Shown here piece after piece: positions 1 through 13,930 of a stretch of 64,000 nucleotides of DNA; position 1 is the first letter of the stretch; the number at the start of each line of letters is the position of its first letter. The notes under the pieces were generated by a model, which worked only from the letters and a program-made list of their open reading frames with translations, did not search any database and was not told where the DNA came from. Source of the DNA: Auanema rhodensis (taxonomy: Eukaryota > Animalia > Nematoda); the NCBI GenBank assembly GCA_964057225.1, contig OZ059894.1, positions 9,362,001-9,426,000 of the forward strand, written 5' to 3'. The position numbers and the translations under genes are program-made.

Positions 1-1142
1 GATTCCTGTATTGAATGGTCTTGAAAAGGTAGAGCTATATCGTAGATTTTTGTTTAAGATATCAAGTTTTTAGGCTGATATTATTAAAATTCTTCCTCAA
101 TTTGTGCTTAAAAGTGTCAATCAAAGGACAGTTCGTAGTGTATTTAAGAAACTTCTTCTCGGACGTCGTAAGACTTTGGTGGAATCCACTACTATAATTA
201 CAATATTTCGATTTTCAGATATTGACACAGGTGAACCAGTTTTGACAGGATTTGAACTAGTATACGAGTATCATTTAATCAATCCATCTACTTCAAATGA
301 AGAAGAAACTCAGATAGAAAGTATGTTCTGAACTTGAAAGAACTTGAATTTTGACAAAAAATTCAGATTTGCGTGATTTATTAGAATATCTTCCGAAGGA
401 AGCCGTTGCTAATGCTGTTGAAAAATTATTGGATATTAGGCCAATTCCCTTATTGTTTTACTCCACTATAGTTGCTGTAATCGACAAGGTTTACAATGTT
501 TTAAAATCAAGTTTAATGTTTTTCTTTAAACTTACAGTATCCTTCATTGGACGGGTTCCTATCAAATGTTTTACAAAAATTAATTAGTAAAGAGTTGTGG
601 AAAGTTAGTGAACAGACGAGGATTGCATTTTTCCGAGCACTTAGCCAACTCAAAATTGTTGCTTATACGGCAAGTTGTTTGTATATAGGATCTAAGTGAC
701 AGCCTAATTCTAGCCTATCCTAACATGTTTTTCAACTGACGAGTTCTTAGAATATATGGATTATCATGTAGCTAATGGAACGAAAACTGAAACTTTGAAG
801 TTCTTGAATAAGCATTTACCTACCCTTTCAACACATCAACAGAAATCGATCAGGTAAATCAGTTATTCTCTTCTTTTCATTTCATGATTACAATTTCCAG
901 CTCAACGATGATGGATCTGATAAAGGGGCGAGAAGAACGCAAGGAAATGGATAAAGAAGAGAAAGAACGTGATCGAGAACGAGAAAAAGAAAAAGAGGAA
1001 CGCCGAGAGCGTGAACGAGAGAGGGAAAGAGAAAAATCAAAAGTAAGATCTATCATAGAAGTCTTCAACTATATTCTTACATCTTACATTGAATTTTCAG
1101 AAAGAATCACGTAGGGAATCTAGACGGTTGTCAGCAGATTAA
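1..1142 (+). CDS. symk-1: Symplekin, 3' portion (multi-exon, 5' end outside window)
   Basis: Spliced translation IPVLNGLEK/ADIIKILPQFVLK...VFKKLLLG...PIPLLFYSTI...YPSLDGFLSNVLQKLISKELWK resembles the symplekin C-terminal domain; RE-rich tail; stop TAA 1140-1142, AATAAA 1195-1200. Confidence 0.85.
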
Positions 1143-1307
1143 TCGGGTGCTCTTTGTTACTGGTGATGTTTTGTTAATATTGTTATATTTCTTAAATAAA
1201 ATACTAAATATACATTAATTATTTTTTTATTTCTTTACTCGGTTTTCCATATGTGTTTAATATGAAATATGAACCAGCAAATGTAGTACAGTTTGAATAG
1301 TTCTAAC

Positions 1308-2465
1308 ATGAGTTCTTCTAATCTACCTTCGCCTACTTTTGTGCATCATGGAATCAAGGCATCCTGCTGCTCAACGTTTTCAATGAATGACACAGAATAT
1401 CTTATAGTCGGAACATCTAACGGAAAATGCTCTCTTTGCAATATATCAACTTATAAGTTTATAGAAACAATATATGGTTTGCATTCCTAATTTTGAGCAT
1501 GAAGAAGTTCTAAATGTATCCAGATGATCCAGAGAAGCGGTCCATTGTTGGTGTTGGATCTACGCATGAAAATACAATTCTTGCTCATGTTCGCAGCTTT
1601 GCTATCATTTTTTTTTCGAAAAACGAATCAGTTTGGGAGCAAACCAAACAAATTGATGTAGATCATTATGGGTTTTGTTCCATTAAGATCACTCCAACAA
1701 GCTTAATTTTCCCTGACTGCGAGGTTTGTAGTTATTATTTTTATATGAAACTTGAGAAAATGGTTTAGAGAGCTCAAAGTTTTATAAGAATTCACAAATC
1801 AGGCAAAGAACTTGACAGGTGCTTATTCTCAATAACTGAAATTCATCTTCTTGATTTCAGAATTAACCTAGGGGATCAAGTTACTCCTCTCTGTATTGAT
1901 GTTCTAAGCTCTTCAGAAACAATTTTTGTAGGAGATGATTCAGGAACCTTGACTATATCTAGGAATGAGCAACAGACTACTGTAATTTAAAACGAATAAT
2001 AGATATTTCGTCAATTTTTTACAGAAAAAGCTATATTCGGAACCCATTTTCGCAGTTGCTACTTCGAATACAGGATTAGTTGCTGTCTGTTCTACGCTTC
2101 CTCCAATTAAATGCTTGAAGTACCCAGAATTCGATGATAGTGAAACAGTGAACTTGGAATATCGGGCGGAGTAAGTATCCTTCTTTTTATTGAAAACGAT
2201 AAATAGCTTCTTTAGTACATCCGGTTGTGGAAGTTTAGTGTTTTTACCTTCGGGCAAGACGTTACTAGCTGGCTTTTGGGATGGTTCAATCCGAGGATTT
2301 TCAATTAAAAAACGCCAAATTACGCTGTTTTTGAATTTTCATCAACAGTCCATCAGCAGTCTTCTGTGGTTCGCGAGTGACGTAACTGAAGACAAAAAAG
2401 ACCAGATGGTTTCCTGTTCTCAAGACGGCACTGTTTGCTTTTGGAATTTCTCCAAAAATACATGA
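1308..2465 (+). CDS. WD40-repeat protein, GNB1L/Asa1-like
   Basis: MSSSNLPSPTFVHHG...VDHYGFCS...LLAGFWDGSIRGFS...LNFHQQSISSLLW...SCSQDGTVCFWNF*; GT-AG introns; WD repeats with GNB1L-like motifs. Confidence 0.75.
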
Positions 2466-3880
2466 AAGGTTATTATATTTGTATATATAAGAAAACAATT
2501 CTTAATAATATATTATCATGAACTTTCTTCAATTTCTGAAAAATTTTGCTGATTAGCATAATTGAATCCGCATGCAACCGCTCTCGATGCAAAAAAATTA
2601 AAAATGAGATCTGTTTTCTGGTCCAATTTCAGTCGAACTTTGAAGTGAATATTCCCATGTTTCTTCAACAACATAGAATATTTGTTGATGATGGCAACAG
2701 ATTAAGAAAATTTGTTCTTCGATGTTCTAACTGTTTAATAAGACTCTATCTGATAAGTCGAGCATGTTTTGATTATGTTGGTCACTTGTTTGATTATCAG
2801 GTCGTAATGTATAGTTATCGGCTACTGTTCCATCGTCATTCTTGTTGTAAAAGAGACCTCTAGCTATTTCATTTTCTTTCTTTCGTGTCCTCTTTCAACA
2901 TGTCATTTTGAACTGTTTGTATTCACAAATAAAGGCACAAGCTGCTTAAAGAAGAAAGAAATACGAGAGAAATATGAATGAGACACAAGCGTTCCTACAC
3001 TTGCTTTCCCTTCTCTCCTACCTACCACAACCTACCCATATACCAAGCTCACCATATCAGTTTGTCTTCTTGTTCTTTTGCTTTTTCCTTCTTCAGACGT
3101 ATCTTCTCATTGTTGACATCTCAATCCCCAAAGCAACGTCAGAGACAAAACTCCTAGGAGACGAAATGAACAAGAGTTACTTGCCACCTAAGATACATCA
3201 CGTTCAGCTTCTCCGTTTCGATCAAGCCTTACTTGTTCTCGTCCACATTGTCGTCATCATTCAACCATCATAATGTGTTGTCCTTCAGCCTATCAGCCTA
3301 TCGTTAATTCCAATCAGCTATCGATTCTTACTGTGTAACACTGGTCGTACAGCCCCCCTCTTCTTCTTCTCGTCCCCCGGTTCCTTCTTTTCTCCTTCGT
3401 GTTCTTTGTGAGACGCTCGCTTAGTTTTACCCCCTGAGACATAGACACTACATATTGTATGAATGCCTTTTGACGTTAGAAACAGTCTGTTGTTTTACTA
3501 TCACCTGCCACTAATTTATCTCTTTCCAAACTTGAGGAGGAATTGTTGTACAGTTTTACTTCATTTCTCATTTCCTTCCTGTTTCTTCTCTCATATTCTT
3601 CGAATTTCTACGCAAAAAAACCAACAACAACTAATTAAAAACATATTTCTTCCAACATAATAACTTAAGCTATGTATTATAAACGTATATTCCCACATCA
3701 ATTTCTCCTATCTTGATTGTCTTGTTGATGAATTCAGGTCGATTGATTCGTTTTTCAGTTATTTCTATCAGCTATTTTCTCCAGTTTTCCTTAATCTCTT
3801 TCTTAGTCCCCCTCCGTAATCTTCTAAACAGTTACAGTTCGCAAATGTTTTTTCCTCTTGTAAATATTCCAACATTAAGC

Positions 3881-6800
3881 ATGTGGTGGGTATTCCTGCT
3901 TCTTTTTCTCGAAGCTGGTGCCAGCCGTTGTCCGGCGCAATGTGTTTGCCGTGATAACGAAACTTCTGTGGATTGCTCTAACCTCGGTACAGTTTATATA
4001 AGAGTTTCCAACAATTTATCTGTTTATCAGATTTAACACATTTTCCTGATGATGTGCCGGAAACGGTCAAGATTTTAAATCTTCGAGGAAATAGAATTAT
4101 TAAGTTGTTAGCTAGAAACTTAAGAGACTTACCCAACCTGGAAATGCTTATGCTATCCCATAACCATTTGCGTTTCGTTGAAGAGGTTTGTCACATGTAT
4201 GTAGATCGTGTTAACGTATTAGTGCTTCAGAATATTCTTGATGATGCCCCACAACTTCGACGCTTGAATCTTGCTCATAACCGCCTACTAAGGCTTCCAC
4301 CAATATCATCTCAACATTCAAAACTATTATCACTTATTCTTCGTCACAATCATCTGGAGCATATTCAATCTCAAGTAAGTTGTCGTCGTTCATTTAATGA
4401 TTTGTTATAAATTTCTTTTTACGACACAGCCGAGGTAGGTTTATGTATTTTCTCTTTCATTATCTAATTTCATTTATTTCTCGAAAATATTCTGTATTTT
4501 CTCTGAAGTACAATGTAACTTCTCTCTCTCTCTTTAATTATTTCACAGTTTTCAATATTTCAGGTGTTTACATCTCTTCCTAGACTAATTCAAATTGATT
4601 TATCTCATAACAGACTTCAAAGCTTACATTCTCAAATAATCACTGTAAGTGAAATATTGTATTTCATCGTTCAACATCATTCTTAGGACCTTTCTCGTGC
4701 TCAATCAGTCATACTTAGTGAAAATCCATGGAACTGTGATTGTCGGTAAGAATTTACTCGTTTTTCCTTTCATATGCCATGTTTAAAGAATTGGATTCTT
4801 GGCTAAAACCTTATCAATCGAATCCGAACATCATCCCCATTGCTTCAATCCATCTCAATACAGAGGTCAAATCGTCAGCAAAGTCAGTGTATATCTGTAA
4901 TGTTCAGAAGAATGTTCTCTATTTCAGGTGAAAAATCCAATCTGTAGAGTACCAGATCAAACAATTTCATCAAAGCAGCGAATTCTTGAATGTCCGTTAG
5001 ATGTAATTTCCACTAAAAATGTTGTTTGGATGTATAAGTATGCTGAGACTTTCTTCAAATTCTTTGAATTTCATCAATAATTTTACAGAAATATTGAATT
5101 AGATTCATCAGAGCTTTCAACCTATGAGATGTCATCTTCTAATACTTTGATTTTACCATTAGAACAAGATGCTCATGATATCTCATGCACCTATGATGCT
5201 CCAGTTGTTCCTCATAAACGGATTCGTAGACAACATGGAGTAGCTCCAGTTTTCACATACGCTACTACCGATAGATCATTCAGGTCTGAGTCTTCTATTA
5301 TCTCTAAGATGCTCATATTTATCTTTTTCAGAATTGGAGCTCGTGTTCAACTTCATTGTGAAGTCCAAGGCCACCCACAGCCAGAAATTGTCTGGTATAA
5401 GAATAACAGAGTAAGATAATCATTTCTCATGTCAATGTAATACATATCATATATTTAAGCCATTTACATCAAATAGTCGTGCAGAATTCACCCATAACAA
5501 CACAATTATTTCAATTTTACCATTTTTCGAGAGTGATGCTGCATTGTAAGTTTCCAAGTTGCAGAATTTCCAACTTGTAGAGCATGTTTCAGATACAAGT
5601 GCGTTGCAAGTAATCTGTATGGTCGAATCGAAAAGGAAATGAAAGTTGGTCTCATAGATAGGTAAAGATGATTCTATTCTTTCTAATTTATTATTCTTAA
5701 TAACTTCTCGATTGATTTTCCTCTATCATTTTGACTGATAATTACGTGTTTTCATTGAAATGTCGTTCAAGTTCTCAAGTTTATAAGCATGCTGCTCTGT
5801 ATATATTACATATATATTATATATAGTATATAATTTTTTTTGTAAATATTCAAGAGATTAAATAAAATGAAAAATTTGTTCTTTTTTTGATGCTCTTCGC
5901 CTGCTTTCATGCTTTGCAAACACGATCAGCTCGCATAATTCTAATCATCTACGGCTTCATCTAACTTTCAACACTCTCTTTCTTTGGTTTTCAGTGTCGG
6001 ACCGTATATTACTGATGAACCACAACCTCAGACTGCTGATATCGGATCTGAAGTATGAGTTTTCTCTTCAACATTCTGTCAAATTTGAAGAAATTATATG
6101 AAAAAAGGAAATTTTATCAGATAACATTCCGATGTATCTCGAAAGGTGTTCCACGTCCAATTCATACATGGATGTTTGATGGTGCTCCCATTGCCAATAT
6201 TAAAGGAAGAATTTATGTAAAATAAATGAATTAGCAAGTAGAATACTAGATGAATCTTGTTATAGGTATCAACTGATACTACTGAGTTAACTATCAAATC
6301 AGTTCGTCGATCTGATAGAGGTATGTATACTTGTGCAGCTAACAATGGTATTGGATTGATGGCTTCATCTGCTTTTCTCGAAATCAAAGGATATTTAGCC
6401 GATCAAGTAAAAGATCTTCCATCTTTTGATCTTCAGAACTCTGACTTCTGTATTCCAGGTCAATAACGTCATCACAGATTCAGCTATTCGGCAAATTGCA
6501 GCGAAAGCCATAACTAATATTGACAAGTTTGTGACATTCTCATGGTTTCGTCTAGTTTATACACTGTTTAGAGCTATAACTAAGACAAAGGATTTACGTA
6601 AAAAGAAAATTTTCAAACCAGAAGAGCTAAGGCGTAATGTTCAGCATATCTTACCTCAAGAGGTATAGCATGACTAATAGTACGATGTTTTCACATCAAA
6701 TTCTCTCAGGTTGTTGATATCAATAGAGCTCGTGAAATCTATGAAGAGTCTATTCGTCTTGTAAATGACTACGTTGAGCAAGGTAATACATCACAGATTT

Positions 6801-9800
6801 TTTGAAAAAGCTGAAAAAGTTGGCTGTTTTCAGGTTTAAAGCTACCAATCAACGATCTTGCTCCCAATATCACTTATGAAGCTTTCTTATCTGCTGGTCA
6901 TATGCAGGTTATTTCTAAGATTTCAAATCGTTATTCTAAAGAAAATACACATTTCAGACATTGATGAATGCTTCTGGTTGTGTTGGAGGAGCTCATCAAC
7001 TTGATTCATGCTCAGATCACTGTTATCACAAGCATTATAGATCATATAATGGTCAATGTAACAATTTGGCTCATTCTATGTGGGGAGTATCTTCCATGCC
7101 TTTCATCCGGCTCCTTCCTCCGATGTATGAAAATGGATTCAATACTCCAGTTGGTTGGGAGAAAGGTCGTCTATATAACGGTTTTCCGAAGCCAAATCCC
7201 CGTGAAGTAAGGTTATAAAGAAGAAAATCAAAAGATTTAAGCATATTTTCAGGTATCCAGAGTTATGGTTGCTTCTCCAAAAATTACTGCTCATGAGAAA
7301 CTATCTTCAATGGTTATGCAATGGGGACAGTTTTTAGGTTCGTTTCTGAGAAAATGCTGAAACAGCATGAGTAAAACATGTTTCAGATCATGACATCACC
7401 TTTGCTGCTGCAGCCTTATCTCGCCACAATTTCAAATCTGGAGCTTTATGTAACAAAACATGTGAGAACATAACTCCATGTTTCAACATTCAATTGCTTC
7501 CTAACGATCCAAAGTTGCAACATAAGAGGTAATTAAATCAGAGAAAAATATTAAAAAGATAATGACCGATGTAGCAGTCCCGACCAAATTCCTTGTATTG
7601 AATTTGAACGTAATGCTGCTGTTTGTGGTTCAGGAGAAACTTCAACTTTGTTCGATAAAGTGACATACAGAGAACAGATGAATGTGGTTTGTTACAGTTT
7701 CAATCTTGAAGTTGTAACGTTCTAATATGACGTTTAGGTGACATCATTCATCGATGCTTCAATGGTTTATGGAAGTACTGAAGATCATGCATTAGATCTC
7801 AGAGATAGATTCACTGACAACGGATTATTGAGATTTGATACAACATCAAAGTTATTTTCCCTCATAATCCGAAATTGAAGATAAGCTTCTTTCAGAGCTA
7901 ATAAGGAGTACATGCCCTTTGAACGTGATTCCCCTATGGATTGTCGTCGTAACTTTAGTGAACCTAATCCAACCAGATGCTTCTTATCAGGCGATTTCAG
8001 AGCAAATGAGCAGGTACTAGGCATTCTCCTGTGATAAAATTTATTTTTCTTTCTTGTTTTAGCAAGGCTTAACTGTTATTCATACTCTATTTGTACGAGA
8101 ACATAACAGAATTGCACGCCAACTGAAGAGGATCAACCAACATTGGACAGGAGAGACAATCTACCAAGGTAATCTTGCTTGCCAGCTCATTTTCATTGTT
8201 TTTTTTCCTTTAGAAGCTAGAAAAATTGTTGGAGCTATGATGCAACATATTACTTATAAGGAATGGCTTCCAATTGTTCTTGGCTCGGTACTCTACTATG
8301 CTCTAATGCAACTAACGTTACTGCAAATTTCAGAAAACTGCTGAAGAATACAGACATCTTCGTTATGATCCCGGAGTTCACGCTGGTATTTCAAATGCTT
8401 TTGCTACTGCAGCTTTCAGGTTCGCATGTGGTAAAGCTTCACATTATAACAAAAGCTTAATAGATTTGGTCATACCCTTATAAACCCTGTACTTCTTCGT
8501 TTGGATAAGAATTTTCGGGAGATCAGAGAAGGACATCTTCCACTGCATAAGGTAATATCTCATCAAATGCTACATCTATTACTAAAAGTACATGAATAGG
8601 CTTTCTTTGCTCCAAAGGTCATCTTACATGAAGGCGGAATTGATCCCCTCCTTCGTGGTCTCTTCGCATCTCCTATGAAACAACCTAAAAATACAGAAAT
8701 TATGAATACGGAATTAACGGAGAAACTTTTCTTAAAATATCATCAAGTAGATGAAGAATTAAAGAATTATTCATCAATGTATCATTACAGGCATCACTAG
8801 ACTTAGCTGTAATGAATATTCAGAGAGGTCGAGATCATGGTCTACCATCGTAATGCACTTTCTCATCTCGTTTCATTCGGTTTTTTCTTTTCAGATATAC
8901 TCAATATAGAGAATTTTGCAATCTGCCAGTACCTAAGACATGGGATGAAATGATTCCGATTGTTAAAAATGCTCGTGTTATACAGAATCTCAGAAATCTT
9001 TACGGACATCCGGGTTAGAAATTAGCTCTTTTTTTCAAAAAAACACAAAATTTTTATTGAATCAGCACAAATCTATGGGAGTGTTTTAGTTTTTTATAAA
9101 AAATAAAATAAATAATATTGAGGCTTAACTCAAATACCTAATGATTAAACATGCCAGCATTGACATCTAAAACTTTCTATTCTTTTTTATTTTTTTGGAC
9201 AAAAATTTTTAAAGTTGATCAGATAATATGTTACGCATATCCTCTCTATTCATTGAAAACTTAAGCTTCATATAGCTGGGAAGTTGCTTGATGTTCAATG
9301 ATTTTTTGAATAAAAAAGTTGTTGAAGAGCGCTCAGCGTAGATAAAGGTTCTCAGCATCATCATCAGCCGAAAGATGGTAATTTTCATCGCGCTATTGTT
9401 GTATCACAATACAATACAAACAAGATTTCCTGTTTTTATATAAACTGTGAACTTAGAACACCGTATGCCTTATGAGTGTTACTTGTTGTTGTTGTTGTTG
9501 ATATAATTTGTTGGAATTCCTTAAAAAAATGCAAAAATGAACCAGCGCTCAGCAGAAGTTATGGTCTCAACAGATTATTCAGCCGAAAGATGGTAACTTT
9601 CATCGCGCTACATTAGAAACAATTTTTGTGTTTATATATAAACTGTGAACTAAGAAGACCGTATGCTTTATGAGTGTTACTTGTTGTTATTTTTGTTGAT
9701 ATGACTGACTGGAAATCTTTGAAACTTTTTGAAAAAATATAAAATTTCGACGGCGCGCTCAGCATAAGATATGGTTTCAACAGATTATTCAGCCGAAAGA

Positions 9801-10806
9801 TGGTAATATTCATCGCACTTTCCGATAAGAAATGGAAAACGACAGCAATCCTATATACCCGGCCGTGTTTGTGCGCCGTACATATTTTGGGTGCAGTAGC
9901 AGCAAACAAAATGTGTACTATAACATGGTGAAACAGCCTTGAACGCCCCCGTCTGAGACATGAAACTTACACGAAAATAGAAATATTATTATAGAAATGA
10001 AGTTTAAATTCTTTAAATATTTTAGAAAATATTGATTTATTCGTCGGTGGAGTATCTGAAGTATTAGAAGCTGATGCATTAATGGGGCCAACATTCCATT
10101 GTATTATAAATGAACAATTTAAACGATTACAACAAGGAGATCGATTCTGGTACTTTTCTTATAATTTTTTATAATACGGAAGTATTTTTTAATTTGAAAA
10201 TTATCTTCAAAACAATACTTTAGGTATGAAAATGCTGGTGTGTTCACTACAGAGCAACTTAATGAACTCAGAAAAACAACTTTATCCAAAGTTCTATGTA
10301 ATAATGGAGATGAGATAGATCGAGTACAAGTATGTTTGCTTAAACTGATAAGAAGTTCAACTCAATTTCATTTCATTCAGACAAATGCTTTTGTTTATCC
10401 TGGTTCAAATTTATCTAATTATGGTCACTGTAGTGCGTTACCAGATATCAATCTAGAGATGTGGAGAACGAGGCCTGATGAACAACAGTGTTCTCATAAC
10501 AAAAACAATATTTTGAGGTAGATTCATTGTTATTTACTGAGAAGAGTTTTATGGAAATTCTCTTCAATTTTATGTGAAAAAGATAAATTTAAGCCGCAAG
10601 AAGAGAGCATCTAAAGAATGTATTCACGAAGGCAGTGTTGTATTCCATGGAGAGACGGTTATAGATGAAGCCTGCTTCCGTTGGAGATGCTTCGTATGTT
10701 CTTCTTGATTACCTCTCATCGTTTCAAATTTCCAAGTTTGAATTTTCAGAATGGACGAGTAACAGGTGAAGGCCAAGAAGCTGGTTGTATCACGAAGAGA
10801 TTTTAG
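3881..10806 (+). CDS. Peroxidasin (signal peptide, LRRs, Ig domains, heme peroxidase, C-terminal partial vWC); pxn-1/pxn-2 family
   Basis: [15 protein letters not shown], LRRs, NPWNCDC, Ig ([18 protein letters not shown]; GMYTCAANN), [42 protein letters not shown]; stop TAG 10804-10806. Confidence 0.95.
9328..9394 (-). ncRNA. Box C/D snoRNA copy 1 (snR39/snR59-SNORD32/51-like, LSU rRNA 2'-O-methylation guide)
   Basis: Minus strand: AGCGC-GATGA...ACCATCTTTCGG-CTGA-TGATGA...CTGA-GCGCT; 12-nt guide complementary to conserved LSU CCGAAAGAUGGU; T-run downstream. Confidence 0.85.
9544..9609 (-). ncRNA. Box C/D snoRNA copy 2
   Basis: Same box C (GCGATGA), identical D' guide ACCATCTTTCGG-CTGA, C'-like TGTTGA, box D CTGA, terminal stem AGCGC/GCGCT, T-run downstream. 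Confidence 0.85.
9754..9819 (-). ncRNA. Box C/D snoRNA copy 3
   Basis: GCGATGA...ACCATCTTTCGG-CTGA...TGTTGA...CTGA-GCGC; T-run downstream. Confidence 0.8.
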
Positions 10807-11108
10807 AGAGAAAGTTTTTATTTATTTATTGAACGTTAATTGTTTTTCCTCATGACATATTGTTTACTTTTTGTTGATTTTTTTTGCTTTTGTTTCAAGA
10901 TTAGGAATTGAGAAATAAAAATAAATAACGAATAAAATCTTTCATGAAACCCGTTAAAAGGGACATTTTACATACATGACGGCTACACGTAAATGAAGTT
11001 CTAGATAAATCACAGGAGACTAGAATTGATGATATGTTATATTGTTGTTTTGATAAATAATAATTTACAAAAATGAAAACTTGAGTAAGAATATAGGAGA
11101 TAGATGAA

Positions 11109-11256
11109 GTGTGTGTGTGTGTGTGTGTACGTGTGTGTGAGAGAGAGAGCAGAAATAGGGCAGAAAGATGAAGATAGAGAGATCAACTACGATTGTAGGA
11201 GATTCCAAGGTGCTAATGATAGAATTTTCAATGAGCTTCTAGAAAATTAGTGTCGG

Positions 11257-11294
<38 letters not shown>
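11109..11294. repeat. (GT)n and (AG)n microsatellites
   Basis: Dinucleotide runs visible at ~11109-11149 and ~11260-11294. Confidence 0.9.
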
Positions 11295-11299
<5 letters not shown>

Positions 11300-11352
11300 A
11301 GGAAATAGGATCATAGCTTATCGATGAAAAAAAACATTTTCTCTGAGGAAAT

Positions 11353-13694
11353 TCAGTAGATAGTACTGGTTTCGAATTGGATTATATTCATCCGACGCTG
11401 TGGACTGTCTTGAATATGTGATTGTTCTATTCGATGTATGACACTGGTCATGTAACGTCGTAAAGTAGTTAAAGGATTTCGAGAATAACTTTCAGTTCTC
11501 TGAAATAGGAACATGTATTATAAGCTTAATTCTTAGATAAAACTTACTTTATTAGCTGGAATAGGTAATCTGATTTCATGAATTTCTAAACTACTCCGTC
11601 CATCATATTGTTCCTTATAACGAACATCATAACTTGTACGAGAAGCAGAGCGTGTAGGAACATCTGCAACGTTTTTGTTAAAATTTTTATGAAAATAGAT
11701 TTTAATTAACTAACCAACAGATAGAAGATTTCCTGAATACATCTTTTCACGTGATGAACTACGGATAAGCATTGAAGTTGCCGACACTCGATGTGTACTT
11801 GATGTAAGAGCCATCTGGAAATTCTAAATGATAAATAAAAATAATGTTAGATCAAGGTTCAGTTACTATAAGCTTGGAACTTATTTTGATGAGTTGTTAT
11901 TGAAAAGAATAATAAGTGGAATTACCTGTTCCGTCTTAGTAACATCAGTATAGCCGGATGGCTTTTGTCTCGATACTTCAATATCAAATACTCCAGGAAA
12001 TTGGTGAACATACTTTCTGCAAATAAGAAGTAATTAAGATATTTTTAATTTAGCGGATAGATACCTGTATATGCTTTCAGGTAATAGACTGAAGAATAGC
12101 TGTAAGAAGACACATCTGAATTTACGGCTCATAGCACAATAGATAATGAAGTTAACTGCTGAATTAAGTAATGAAAGAAGATCCATAATATCTCCCAATG
12201 GTTGATAGATCTGAAAAAAATGTTCATTTTTCACTGAAATTTAATAAAATTCTTACTCTATTGTAGAAGGTAGCTTTAGAAAAGATTGCATTTCCTACAT
12301 GCAAAATACCCTGAGGCAATTCAGTTAGGAGAAATATGGAAAGTACTGCAACAAGCATTGGTGTTGTATGATCACTGGGCATACGTTTCTTATTCATAAC
12401 CTATAAATACATAGATATTATGTTTATGAAGATGAAGATGAAAGTGAAAATTAAAAAATCTATTAGGAAATTTAAATTTTTTTCGCCGGAAATTCAATGA
12501 AAACATACTTGAGCTAAGCTCTTTCGTCGAGTTGATACGTCACGAATAATTTTGAGCAGAGCCACAATGGAAAACGTTAATAAGACACACGGAACAACTT
12601 TGAAAAGTATGCCATTAGTCCAGAAAGCAGCCTGAGCAATATTGTTTTGTCTATCATAGATCTAAGTTGAAAACAACCTTAAGAAGACCACAATCTTGAT
12701 CTGATGCTTTAACCTGATACATGAAGTCTGATGGCGTAGTGTTGGCTGAGTATTTGACCATACGCTCATCTTCCTCATCACAATAACCTTCAGCTGAGTG
12801 TTCAACTATCTAAAAACACAAGCAACCTATAGACATAACATTGCCTTCATGAACATACTTCAAACGTTAAAAAATTGGGAATATTGGCTAACATTACAAT
12901 ACATAAAGTTATTAATGCCAAAATAAAAGTTGATTTAGTTGTAACCATATCCGTAGGTCCGCTAGTAGCTCGTTTGATCGTATAAACACGAATTTGAGCC
13001 AATAAGACCTGAAAATAGGATGAGGACATAAGGAGCAAAAAACGGTGAACAGAAGACATATTTGAATGTTCTTATAAAAAAAAACTAATTAGATCAGTTT
13101 GTCTTTAACAAAATGTTGAAAAAAACATACTGTAAGCCAAATGCTTGTGGCGTGAAATATGACAGTAGTTTGTGAATGTAGAAATAGAAAATATGCCCAA
13201 CCACGGCTAAAGTCATTAAAATCACATCTGAAATGAATTTGAGATGATGCAAACGAATATGCTGCAAGATATGATAATACCTCTGAGTTGCTGCTATCAT
13301 GAAATGATAGACAAAGATTAGAACAGATGACATAACTAAGATATCACATACAGCTACGGCACATAACAAGCAGTTGATGGGAGATTGCATAGTTGGTCGA
13401 GTTAATACAATGACCGTTACGATATTCATCAAAGTACCTGAAATGCTTTGAGATTACAAAATTAAATTTCGACGACTATTCTTCAGTTTATTTCGTGATG
13501 CAATTGAATTTTCTGTTGTTCATGTTGATGAAAAACATAGAAAAGTTATCGTCTTCATTCTATTTACCTGCTATACATAGTGCTACAACCACATATGGCT
13601 GGACATTGGAGTAGAGCTCATTGAGAGATGAGACGGACTGGGCAAGCCATATAGCTCCCGTAAGGTTAACGGTGCCCATCTCACAAGCAGACAT
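11353..13694 (-). CDS. Class A neuropeptide GPCR, DMSR/EGL-6 (myosuppressin-receptor-related) family
   Basis: GTLMNIVTVIVLTRPTMQSPINCLLCAVAVCDILVM; FWTNGILFKVVPC; DHTTPMLVAVLSIFLLTELPQG; LGDIMDLLSLLNSAVNFIIYCAMSRKFR; stop TGA at 11353. Confidence 0.9.
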
Positions 13695-13930
13695 CCCATC
13701 CGTTCTTCTGCAAAATTCAAGATAAATAGCATTTAATTTGAAAAAAAAAGTATTTATATAAGAGATAATAAAATAAAATTTTATTTATTAGTAATAGTTA
13801 ATAATAATAATAAATTATTATAATAAATAATGATAAAAGTAATGAAATATAGGCTTTTAGTAACAGAATTAACTAAATGGAAAAAGTAAAAAACGATAAA
13901 TTCTGATCTAGAATTTATGATCGTAGAATG

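Larger units (their letters stand above)
9437..9893 (-). promoter_or_regulatory. Three PSE-like + TATA upstream elements (9437-9478, 9635-9676, 9852-9893), one per snoRNA
   Basis: Minus-strand CAC(T/C)CA-N7-TACGG-N18-TATATA with identical spacing in all three copies although the copy 3 spacers are unrelated. Confidence 0.7.

Noticed and set aside
877-1068. Minus-strand RS-rich ORF resembling an SR protein
   Set aside because: Antisense shadow of the RE-rich symplekin tail
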